Source: a virus
Length of the DNA stretch: 64,000 nucleotides
Direction: 5' to 3' (one strand)
IMG/VR virus record: IMGVR_UViG_3300037502_002960
Coordinates: 19,360 to 83,359 of that record
Under the pieces are notes generated by a model, which made no database searches, had not been told where the DNA came from, and worked only from the letters and a program-made list of their open reading frames with translations. A program made the position numbers and the translations under genes. The first letter of the stretch is position 1. Each line of letters starts with the position of its first letter. Positions 10,949 through 18,765 of the stretch are shown here, in pieces.

Positions 10949-12166
10949 TTAAAGTTCAATTCTTATAGGGAGTATTCTGTCTTCTTCAAAAACAACAATT
11001 GATTGTGATGGTTTAGTATCATATCCAAGTTGAATACTGTAGTCTGTTGAACCTTGTAAACAACCACACCCTAATGTCATTCTACCGTGATTCTCTTCGT
11101 TGAAGCTCATATGATGAAAATGACCATAAATCAATAAATCATAAAATTCATTATCTGACGAAATAAATTTATTAATTTTTTCTTTTGAAGTCTTTTTTAA
11201 TAAATCACCGTGAACAGTTTTTACTTTTCTACCATTTACATCAAAAGACATATCAAAATTACTATTCTTTTTATCAATAATTTTAATGTTTGGATTGCCG
11301 ATTAAACTAATAAATGACTTGACGCTTGCATCAATAATATTTTCTGCACTATCACCAGAAATTGTTACAGCCTTATCATACATTCTTGAATGGTTACCAA
11401 GAACACTTCCAAGATATTCAACATCTAGCTCTTCTGCTAAAGTAAGGAGAAAAGAATTAACTATTTCTGTAGCCTTAACAATCTGTTCACTAAATGTAAA
11501 TTCAATATCGTATGATTGTGTTGGTCTCATGTATCCACCCTCAACTAAATCGCCAACACCAATTACTTTAACTTTATTCACGTTAAATAATTTACAGTAA
11601 TGAAACACCTCATTAGCATATTTCTCTACTCTTTTTTTTGCAATCTCATAATCATAACTATCTGTTTTTAATCCAATGTGCCAATCTGTCATAGGTACAA
11701 CAATTTCATTTTCTGTAGTAACAAAATTATGTTTCTTGAATTTTTCAAACTTTACATCTTTAAAATTATCAACCACCTCTTCAATAAAAAGAGTTTTGTC
11801 TATTACGTTTCTTTTAACTTTATTTAGCTCTCTGAATTGATTTTGTGCGTTTCTTTTTGCGTAACTAAGTTCACCAACTAATTCTTTTATCGACTCTAGC
11901 TTGTTGTCGGAAACCATATCTACATACTTTGCCACTTCTGGTAATTCGCCAATAGATTTTTGATACCTTTTAATCAATTGTCTATATGTTTCACATCTAT
12001 CAGAATTATCATAACCTTCTTTTTCCATCATCTTTTTATGTAAAGACCAATTACATTTACCACTTGGTGAAGCTTTTTGTAATTCTTTTTTGATTTTTAC
12101 AGCAACATTTAAATGCTCTTCTGTTACAGTAATCTCTTCACCTTTTTTATTTATATAACTTCTCAA
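10949..12166 (-). CDS. Calcineurin-like metallophosphoesterase (YonJ-like)
   Basis: DWH, GDLVEG, GNH, HGD and GHFH motifs. Confidence 0.8.
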   Translation of the reverse strand: MRSYINKKGEEITVTEEHLNVAVKIKKELQKASPSGKCNWSLHKKMMEKEGYDNSDRCETYRQLIKRYQKSIGELPEVAKYVDMVSDNKLESIKELVGELSYAKRNAQNQFRELNKVKRNVIDKTLFIEEVVDNFKDVKFEKFKKHNFVTTENEIVVPMTDWHIGLKTDSYDYEIAKKRVEKYANEVFHYCKLFNVNKVKVIGVGDLVEGGYMRPTQSYDIEFTFSEQIVKATEIVNSFLLTLAEELDVEYLGSVLGNHSRMYDKAVTISGDSAENIIDASVKSFISLIGNPNIKIIDKKNSNFDMSFDVNGRKVKTVHGDLLKKTSKEKINKFISSDNEFYDLLIYGHFHHMSFNEENHGRMTLGCGCLQGSTDYSIQLGYDTKPSQSIVVFEEDRILPIRIEL

Positions 12167-12218
12167 AAACTATCACCTCAAATGTTCAGAATATTCAGAA
12201 TATTTTAATTAAAAAAAA

Positions 12219-12440
12219 TTAATCTGAATCAGTTTCCAACTCTTCTTCTTCAACTTCTTTTTCAATCTCTTGAGTAATCTTAATATCTAATTTAATCTCT
12301 TTGTATTCAAATCTTTTAAGAAATTCAAGAATATCTACAGCTACAGTTTCTGCACTATCCTTATCAATCTTTTCATGAATGAGAAGTTGTTCAGCATCTA
12401 ATAATCCCTGTGTATTTAATGTGCTACTAATTTTAGCCAT
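12219..12440 (-). CDS. Small acidic protein (YonK-like)
   Basis: 73 aa, AAGGAG RBS, synteny. Confidence 0.5.
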   Translation of the reverse strand: MAKISSTLNTQGLLDAEQLLIHEKIDKDSAETVAVDILEFLKRFEYKEIKLDIKITQEIEKEVEEEELETDSD

Positions 12441-12461
12441 AATAAAACTCCTTTTTTAATA

Positions 12462-12974
12462 TTTTAACACCAAAAAGAATTTAGCGAGGGATTGCACCCT
12501 CGTTTTAAATTATAAACGCTTGTTTCGGTCACATTGGAATATAATATTCTTGGTAGGTAGCTATCCTATCCTCCATATCATACTTTTTGCCCAAAAGTAG
12601 GGGTTTCACCTACAACACTCACATGGTTGCTAGAATTAAAATATCAGCTCTCTACTGTATGTAATATAGTTAAAGCAGATTTATGCAAGTGTACTCAGTG
12701 CCGTCTTATAGTCTGTCACCAGACGTCAACTGCTTAAGTCTTTTAAGTTGTGGCGTGGAATTACTATTATTAACCACTCTTTGTCCTCCACTATCAACCC
12801 GACATCACTGATACCATAAGCTTACTTTATAATTTAAAAATATCTTATCTCATCGCTTTCTAGCTGTGACCATTGCTTAACCTTTTCAGATTTAATTTTT
12901 CAATGGTTGAGACAGATTACCTTATCGACTACCAATCGATTACTCAGTCAGCTAAATTCTTTTTAGTGTTAAAA
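12462..12974 (-). ncRNA. ROOL-like large structured RNA
   Basis: 513-nt ORF-free region closed by a ~24-bp terminal stem; contains AUUGGUAGU, GCAAUGGUCACAGCUA, CAGUGAUGUCGGGUUG, GACGUCUGGUGA, CAAUGUGACCGAAA, which I recall from ROOL RNAs; lies in a phage tRNA cluster. Confidence 0.8.
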
Positions 12975-12990
12975 ATAAAATTTAGGTAAT

Positions 12991-13033
12991 TTGTGCAGGG
13001 AGCTGGATTTGAACCAGACTTTATGTTCCCTGC
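12991..13033 (-). ncRNA. tRNA minihelix-like element (acceptor stem and T arm only)
   Basis: GCAGGGA-ACATAAAG-TCTGG TTCAAAT CCAGC-TCCCTGC-A-CAA. Confidence 0.6.
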
Positions 13034-13043
13034 ATAATACAAG

Positions 13044-13352
13044 CGCCCCATAGATGATTCGAACATCTGACCCACGCTTTAGCTTACCAACTACAGTTTT
13101 CACTGCCACGTAGTGTTTGTGGTCTGGACTATAACTTCATCATTTCAGATGCGACACGTTTAGTCTCTACGGAATCTCAACCAATAGTTTTACCTGCATA
13201 AGCCATTCAAACTATCTTGTTTCCTCGGTATTGCCATCAGCATTATCTGTTAAGGTTTCACCGATACGGTGTCGTGCATTTCATAAGTTATTTTTCCCTA
13301 TGAAAGCTCCTATAACTGAAGAGCGTTGCTCTATCCACTGAGCTAATGGGGC
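13044..13352 (-). tRNA. tRNA-Arg(UCU) interrupted by a group I intron
   Basis: GCCCCAT/ATGGGGC acceptor, GGATA D loop (A20), ACGCT/AGCGT anticodon stem, TTCGAAT T loop, G73; spliced loop CU-UCU-AA; CCA not encoded. Confidence 0.88.
13083..13318 (-). mobile_element. Group I intron (236 nt) at tRNA position 34/35
   Basis: CUU exon end pairs with GAG guide, P10 UAG/CUA, core UAUCGGUGAAACC, AAUACCGAG, GUAGAGACUA/UAGUCC (P7), terminal G. Confidence 0.88.
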
Positions 13353-13364
13353 TTGATAAATTAA

Positions 13365-13673
13365 TGCTATCTCGACTCAAAAAGCTACTTATGCCCCTTA
13401 TCAAAGTTAAGTCAAGTATAGCCCTCTGCCTACTTAACTAGTATTTCAGCAGAAGTTTTTTGTGGCATCTTGTTTTAGCGACGCATCGCTTGATAAACTT
13501 GTGGTCAACAGTTTTAATCTTTAAAAATTACCCTACAGAATAAACTGTAGTCCTAATCAGTAAAAACAAAACCTACACAAGAGCTTATGACCTATCTTGG
13601 TACGCTACTTATTGTAAGCGTGACAGGTACTATTTGAGCCAGACCTCTTATTAGTCGCATATCTGGTGGCGAC
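13365..13673 (-). ncRNA. Unassigned large structured RNA (possibly GOLLD-related)
   Basis: ORF-free; stems GUCGC/GCGAC, CAAGA/UCUUG, CUACAG/CUGUAG, GCGA/UCGC, CUGC/GCAG, GCUAU-CUUGAC/GUCGAG-AUAGC; possible pseudoknots CCAGAU/GUCUGG and AUGCC/GGCAU. Confidence 0.6.
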
Positions 13674-13894
13674 AAATATTTGATATATATATTAACATAA
13701 GTTAATTTATATAAAAAATCAAGATTCTTTTGGGTTTCTGTCTAAACTTAAAACCATATAGTTTGAATTCCAAAAATTATATCTTTTTGAATTTAAACTA
13801 TCTTCTTCTAGCCCTGTATCATAACTGTATGAACCTTTATAAGTTACACAGTCATTATAGAATGGTGTTTTTGCAGAGCCTTCTGTATCTTTTC

Positions 13895-14107
13895 TTAAAT
13901 TGATTCTTCATATTCACCCAAGGATTCATATTCAAAATTGTCTTCTCCATATTTTCTAATTGCGGAGTAAAGTGGTCGATTTTCACATCTCTTTTTTCTA
14001 CTGTCAATCAAATGTTGTTTAAATCTTTTTTCTACAGTTGAGAATGTTTTTCCTACATATTCTTTGCCATTAATCAAGTTTTTTATAACATAGATTGTTC
14101 CTTTCAA
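13895..14107 (-). pseudogene. Truncated free-standing GIY-YIG homing endonuclease
   Basis: TIY...YVGK...R...H motif, GGAGG RBS; stops after 70 aa, before the catalytic domain is complete. Confidence 0.7.
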
Positions 14108-14179
14108 AAAAATTCCTCCGTTTTTAATTATATATGGATGGTTTTGAATACCAGAATCTCACCTTTAGATGATACTTTA

Positions 14180-14254
14180 TGGTGGACTTGGAGAATCCCG
14201 ACATCTCAACCTTTCCCTTATGAGGGGAATGCTCTTCCTTTGAGCTACAAGTCC
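14180..14254 (-). tRNA. tRNA with CAU anticodon (Ile2 or elongator Met), atypical T loop
   Basis: GGACTTG/CAAGTCC acceptor, TTCCC-CT CAT AA-GGGAA, A73, encoded CCA. Confidence 0.8.
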
Positions 14255-14344
14255 AGAATAGCCATGAGCAACATGGCATAATCTAACCGATAAGTCGGTC
14301 GTTTACTTTATTATTCCTTGTAGAATAACACGATTAATCGTCTG

Positions 14345-14429
14345 AGTGTGGTGCAATGGGTCGAACATTGCAACTCAACATCTATAGGCTAGCCATAATG
14401 TTGCGCTTTTCCAATTAAGCTAACCACAC
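14345..14429 (-). tRNA. tRNA-like RNA with an 18-nt anticodon loop; identity undetermined
   Basis: Perfect GTGTGGT/ACCACAC acceptor, GCTT/AAGC D arm, GCAATG-TTCGACC-CATTGC T arm, CAACA/TGTTG stem enclosing TTATGGCTAGCCTATAGA. Confidence 0.65.
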
Positions 14430-14536
14430 ATAATTATGATGTCCGCCCACTTTAATCAACTTTTAAATAACAGAAAGTGGGGAGACACCAAGAAATAAGT
14501 TAACTCATTCAATAGTGATTTCTCACTATAAATAAC

Positions 14537-14565
14537 ATTATATCATAATATTTTATTTTTGTCAA
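14537..14565 (-). promoter_or_regulatory. Sigma-A promoter driving the RNA operon
   Basis: TTGACA-17-TATAAT with extended TG. Confidence 0.8.
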
Positions 14566-14584
14566 GCATTTTGAAACATTATTT

Positions 14585-15793
14585 TTAAATATCCCCAAAA
14601 ATTCTACTTGCTTCACTTCTAACGTCAATATCCAGTACTACAATGCCAACATTCTTATTACCTTTAAGAGATTCTACGGCATGTTTTAATCCATTGTCTT
14701 TAGTGTACTTATACTCTGACTGATTAATATCACCACTAAAAGCAATAACAGAATTTTTTGCAATTCTTGTACCAACAAGTTTAATTTGTTTGATATCTAA
14801 ATCTTCTGCCTCATCAACAAACATAAATGTGTCTTCAAAGCTCATGCCTTTAATATAAAAAGGAATCTCTTTATCCAAAACACCTCTCTGTTCTAGGTAA
14901 AAAGCTTCTTGTTCACCGCCATCAAGGTGCTGAACAATTGGTTTAAAGAAACCGTTTGTTTTTTCTCCTTTATCACCAGATAAGAACCCAATTTCCTCTC
15001 CACTGCCAATAGGATTTCTGATTACCATAATTTTAGACTGTTCACCTTTATCTAAAACAGAATGTAGTGCAACTTTTGTTGTTAAGAATGTTTTACCACT
15101 TCCATATGTACCTAGAATAAATTTAATTGGAATATCTTTGTTATTTAATAAGTCTAATGCGCACTCCTGTAAATCATTCTCTGGATTGATATGTTTAGAT
15201 TTGTCATCCCATCTAGGTAATTTTAGTTTTACATGTTCTTCACCATTCCATCTGTACTTGTCAACAGTTTCTTTATTTAAATTCCTAACAATCAAATACT
15301 GATTTACTAGTAGTTCATATTTATTATGATTTAAGTTTGAATAAAATTCTGCCATTTCTTTGTCATCCATATCAACAAACTTGTAACCGCCATAAATATC
15401 ATATAAAGATTCGTTTTCAACAAAAGCCATTTCAACACCATATTGCTTACACTTTTGTCTCAACAGTCTATCATTTGTAATCATCCCATAGCCTTTTTCG
15501 ATTGCAATATTTAAAATAATATTATCAACATAATCTCCGTCAAGACCATCTTTTTCTTCAAACTTATAATCATTAATATCTTCAAACTCATACTCGTTTT
15601 CGTCTAATATACGTTTTAGATTTCTGATATTCCATTGTAGCGTACTATCAGATTTTCTTGTTCTCTCAAGATGTTCAATCTCTCTGTTAATATCAGATGG
15701 AATAACACAATCGTATTCTTTAATTACCTCTGGGTTTTTTAACAAAACATTAGTATCAATAATATATTTCATAAACAGTCTCCTATTCGTCAA
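14585..15793 (-). CDS. phoH: PIN-domain/PhoH ATPase fusion
   Basis: IIDTNVLL PIN motif, GTYGSGKT Walker A, VDEAED, GDINQ. Confidence 0.9.
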   Translation of the reverse strand: MTNRRLFMKYIIDTNVLLKNPEVIKEYDCVIPSDINREIEHLERTRKSDSTLQWNIRNLKRILDENEYEFEDINDYKFEEKDGLDGDYVDNIILNIAIEKGYGMITNDRLLRQKCKQYGVEMAFVENESLYDIYGGYKFVDMDDKEMAEFYSNLNHNKYELLVNQYLIVRNLNKETVDKYRWNGEEHVKLKLPRWDDKSKHINPENDLQECALDLLNNKDIPIKFILGTYGSGKTFLTTKVALHSVLDKGEQSKIMVIRNPIGSGEEIGFLSGDKGEKTNGFFKPIVQHLDGGEQEAFYLEQRGVLDKEIPFYIKGMSFEDTFMFVDEAEDLDIKQIKLVGTRIAKNSVIAFSGDINQSEYKYTKDNGLKHAVESLKGNKNVGIVVLDIDVRSEASRIFGDI

Positions 15794-16100
15794 ACTCTCT
15801 TATATTTTTAAGACCTTCTTTAAGTTTCTTAGATGGTTCAACAGACAACTTGTAATATTCATCTGTTTTCATATGCTCTTTTGTTATTGGGTTCATTATT
15901 TTTCTACTTTTAACTTTTTTAGTTGATAGAGAGAAAAGTTTAGTGTATTTGACTTTCTCACCAATCATAAGAGCTGTAATTATTTTTTCAGCTAAGACCT
16001 CAAGGATTAGGGCAACTTCTCCTTTTCTTATTCTAAGTTCACGAACCCTGTCGTCACTCCAAACTTCGTGAACAAGTTCAGATAATTTCAATTTAATCAC
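15783..16100 (-). CDS. HU/IHF-family DNA-binding protein
   Basis: RKIMNPITKEHM beta-arm, PSKKLKE. Confidence 0.75.
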   Translation of the reverse strand: MIKLKLSELVHEVWSDDRVRELRIRKGEVALILEVLAEKIITALMIGEKVKYTKLFSLSTKKVKSRKIMNPITKEHMKTDEYYKLSVEPSKKLKEGLKNIREFDE

Positions 16101-16370
16101 CTACTTTTCTAACACATGAATTAATTCTGAATTTATCTGTTCTAAATCTTCATCATAAAATTCTAATTGATATTTGTCGTTTACAACAACGAAAATCTTG
16201 TCCATTAAACTTTCGTTTGTAAAGTCTTTTGTTTCTGTAGATTTTCTAAAAACCTTATACTTAGACAGTGATTCATTTATTTTAAAAACTTTGTCCATAA
16301 AAGTAAATTCATTATCAATATTAACTACACACCATGTTTTAGCATTTTTATTAAAATTATTCTTCATCAT
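16101..16370 (-). CDS. Hypothetical protein
   Basis: 89 aa, coupled to neighbours, GAGGT RBS. Confidence 0.55.
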   Translation of the reverse strand: MMKNNFNKNAKTWCVVNIDNEFTFMDKVFKINESLSKYKVFRKSTETKDFTNESLMDKIFVVVNDKYQLEFYDEDLEQINSELIHVLEK

Positions 16371-16695
16371 AGCTTACCTCACCGAAAATCATTGTGGTTT
16401 GAGTTTTACTTAAATTTGAAAACGGTATTTCTTTTGAACCATTTTTTAACCTATTAAGCTTGTTTCTACTCATAATATCTTTATCTTCAATCGTTTCACT
16501 AACATCTTCTTCCCTATGCCAAACTAAAAAATTAGCCATTCCCTCTAGCATATATCTTACCGAGTTGCCATCCCAATTATTATGTATTTCATCTTTCCAA
16601 ATTTCAAGTATCTTTTCTACTAATTCAACTTTTTCAGACAACTCAAGATTTTTATCTAAAAAAATCTTATTGCCATCTGGTAATTTAAGATTCAT
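16357..16695 (-). CDS. Hypothetical protein
   Basis: 112 aa, coupled. Confidence 0.55.
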   Translation of the reverse strand: MNLKLPDGNKIFLDKNLELSEKVELVEKILEIWKDEIHNNWDGNSVRYMLEGMANFLVWHREEDVSETIEDKDIMSRNKLNRLKNGSKEIPFSNLSKTQTTMIFGEVSYDEE

Positions 16696-17134
16696 CTTTG
16701 TCCACCCCGTGTTTTATGTAACCGCATTTATACATGGATTCTTTCCACATTTCATTATTTTTTGAAACTATTTTTTCAACTATCTTATCAAAATATTTAT
16801 ATATCCCTTGTTTACTAATCTTTTTTGTAATATTATATATATCCGACAACGTGTGACCCTCGAACATCATATTTATAATCATGCGTTCGTTGTCATTAAA
16901 TTTGCATCTTTTTATCGTATCCTCAAGAGAAACATAAAGCGCTATAACCTCTTGGTTTAGTTCTGAAATAGAACCTGCCTCATCAATACTAATCGCTATA
17001 TTATCTATTCTTGGGTATGTTTTGTCAATACTTTCTCTATGTTTTATCAAATATTTTACTACATTGTGGTCGGATAATGTAAGAAGGTAATAATCTCTTT
17101 CTTTAGCTTTAATATCTATTGAGACAGAACCCAT
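16685..17134 (-). CDS. Sigma region-4-like HTH regulator (candidate late activator)
   Basis: C-terminal EGHTLSDI...ISKQGIYKYFDKIVEKI HTH pattern. Confidence 0.55.
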   Translation of the reverse strand: MGSVSIDIKAKERDYYLLTLSDHNVVKYLIKHRESIDKTYPRIDNIAISIDEAGSISELNQEVIALYVSLEDTIKRCKFNDNERMIINMMFEGHTLSDIYNITKKISKQGIYKYFDKIVEKIVSKNNEMWKESMYKCGYIKHGVDKDES

Positions 17135-17164
17135 TTAAACACCGCCCTTAATTATTATATATTA

Positions 17165-17267
17165 AGTATATCATTATTTTTTACTTTTGTCAAGTAAAAA
17201 ATATACAATATTTCAAATATTCTGAATATTTTTTACCTTTGACATAAATAAAAAATGATGTTATAAT
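17165..17267. promoter_or_regulatory. Divergent sigma-A promoter pair
   Basis: Minus TTGACA-17-TATACT (17193-17165); plus TTGACA-17-TATAAT (17239-17267). Confidence 0.75.
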
Positions 17268-17306
17268 CTTAGCAGGTAGTTAAAAAATAGACTTGGTGGT
17301 GAAATA

Positions 17307-18125
17307 TTGATTGAAATTTTGCATGAGATAAAGAGAATGTATGGCGAGGCTTACATACAAGTACCAAATAAGATTTTCAAAAATATATCTTCTGTTACAA
17401 ATGATTCTAGACAAAACTCATTTTGCTTTTCATATATAACTTTGTTAGGATTTCTGTATAAATATACTGCTTACGTAAATCCAAATTTAAATACATATGT
17501 ACAGGCAAAAGATATAAAGACTTTATTGGGCTACAGTGAAAAAACAAAGACAATCAACAGGTTAATAAAGGAAAACGGTATTCTAGAGGACAAAGGTTTT
17601 ATAAAAACAACAAAAAAGATACCTGTATACGTAAGTTATAGTGATGATGAAATAAACGGTTATAAAATTATAGAGTTTACAACATTAGATAATATAAAAA
17701 ACAGAGAAGAATACGATATGTTTAAAAAAATTATAAAAAACAGAAACTACAAAATTCAAGAACCGATATATCTTTTTAATGTTGACGGGAAACACGGTAC
17801 TCTCTATGACTACTCTAACACATTTAAAATAAATATATCTGAGTTTATTAAATTTATCGAAAACAAAGAAATGGGTAACATGGACATTATGTTTTATTAT
17901 TATATTAAAAGTCAAACACAGAACAAAAACCATAGAGTTGCCCCAATATCAATATCATTACTAGAAAAGAATATTGGTTTTTCTAATTCTTCAATCTACA
18001 AAACAATAACAAAACTAGAAAAGCTAAATTTAATTTCGGTTACAAAGAAAGGTTGGCAAAACATAAAAGATGGTAATAACCCAGAGCCAAATGATTTTTT
18101 CTTGAGTTACTTTTTAAGCAGGTAG
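17307..18125 (+). CDS. Putative replication initiator (tandem winged HTH)
   Basis: YIQVPN start, two wHTH-like segments (IGFSNSSIYKTITKLEKLNLI); followed by AT-rich palindromic elements. Confidence 0.55.
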   Translation: MIEILHEIKRMYGEAYIQVPNKIFKNISSVTNDSRQNSFCFSYITLLGFLYKYTAYVNPNLNTYVQAKDIKTLLGYSEKTKTINRLIKENGILEDKGFIKTTKKIPVYVSYSDDEINGYKIIEFTTLDNIKNREEYDMFKKIIKNRNYKIQEPIYLFNVDGKHGTLYDYSNTFKINISEFIKFIENKEMGNMDIMFYYYIKSQTQNKNHRVAPISISLLEKNIGFSNSSIYKTITKLEKLNLISVTKKGWQNIKDGNNPEPNDFFLSYFLSR

Positions 18126-18253
18126 CTAAAGTAGAGAAATATAATATATTATCTATTAACTAATATATATTTAATTTAGATATATATAATATTAAGATAT
18201 ATATTAAGTGTATTATATTTCTCTGTTTAAGCTACCTCCTAAAAAAGTAACTC
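18104..18253. repeat. Origin-like element copy 1
   Basis: Inverted arms GCAGGTAGCTAAAGTAGAGAAATATAATA / TATTATATTTCTCTGTTTAAGCTACCTCC around an almost pure A/T core. Confidence 0.75.
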
Positions 18254-18430
18254 TTATTTTTTATTATTTACCACATAAGCAATACTATATGTTAGTGCTG
18301 GTTTTGTTTTATTCTTATAACGTATATGAGGACAAAAATAAGGCTATTCTAGGCTGTTTAAAACGTTGTTTAATGTATTTTATCGTTGGATATTTAAAAA
18401 CGCCTTAAACGGCTTTATTTTAATTCTCAC

Positions 18431-18570
18431 AAGCAGGTAGCTAAAGTAGAGAAATATAATATATTTAATATATATATAACACTATATTAAATATATATCT
18501 AAATGTATTATATTAATATATATATAGTATATTATATTTCTCTACTTTAGCTACCTCCTTAGAAAGTAAC
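18431..18570. repeat. Origin-like element copy 2
   Basis: Same inverted arms, different AT-rich core. Confidence 0.75.
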
Positions 18571-18715
18571 TTAAAATCCTTTTAAAACTGTTTTTAATTA
18601 ATCTTGATAAATCATACTAAGAAGATATTAAAACGTCACTACAGGCTTTATTTTAGCTCTCAAGCACATTTAAATGTCTCAGACAATGTAAAAATAAATA
18701 TTTGTATTATTTTTC

Positions 18716-18744
18716 TTGACAAAAACAGAAAAGTATAATATAAT
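18716..18744 (+). promoter_or_regulatory. Sigma-A promoter
   Basis: TTGACA-17-TATAAT. Confidence 0.7.
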
Positions 18745-18765
18745 AAAGTTATAATAACTTAGGAG

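Noticed and set aside
12462-12974. tmRNA or RNase P RNA
   Set aside because: No Ala acceptor or CCA end and no RNase P conserved motifs seen; ROOL motifs fit better
13078-13325. Alternative splice after U33 giving a CUA (amber suppressor) anticodon, via a 6-bp P1 register GCUCUU/AGGAGC
   Set aside because: It leaves a 6-nt anticodon loop, disrupts the anticodon stem and loses P10; the CUU/GAG register gives a normal Arg(UCU)
18208-18408. 66-aa ORF
   Set aside because: Overlaps the palindromic cassette; no RBS
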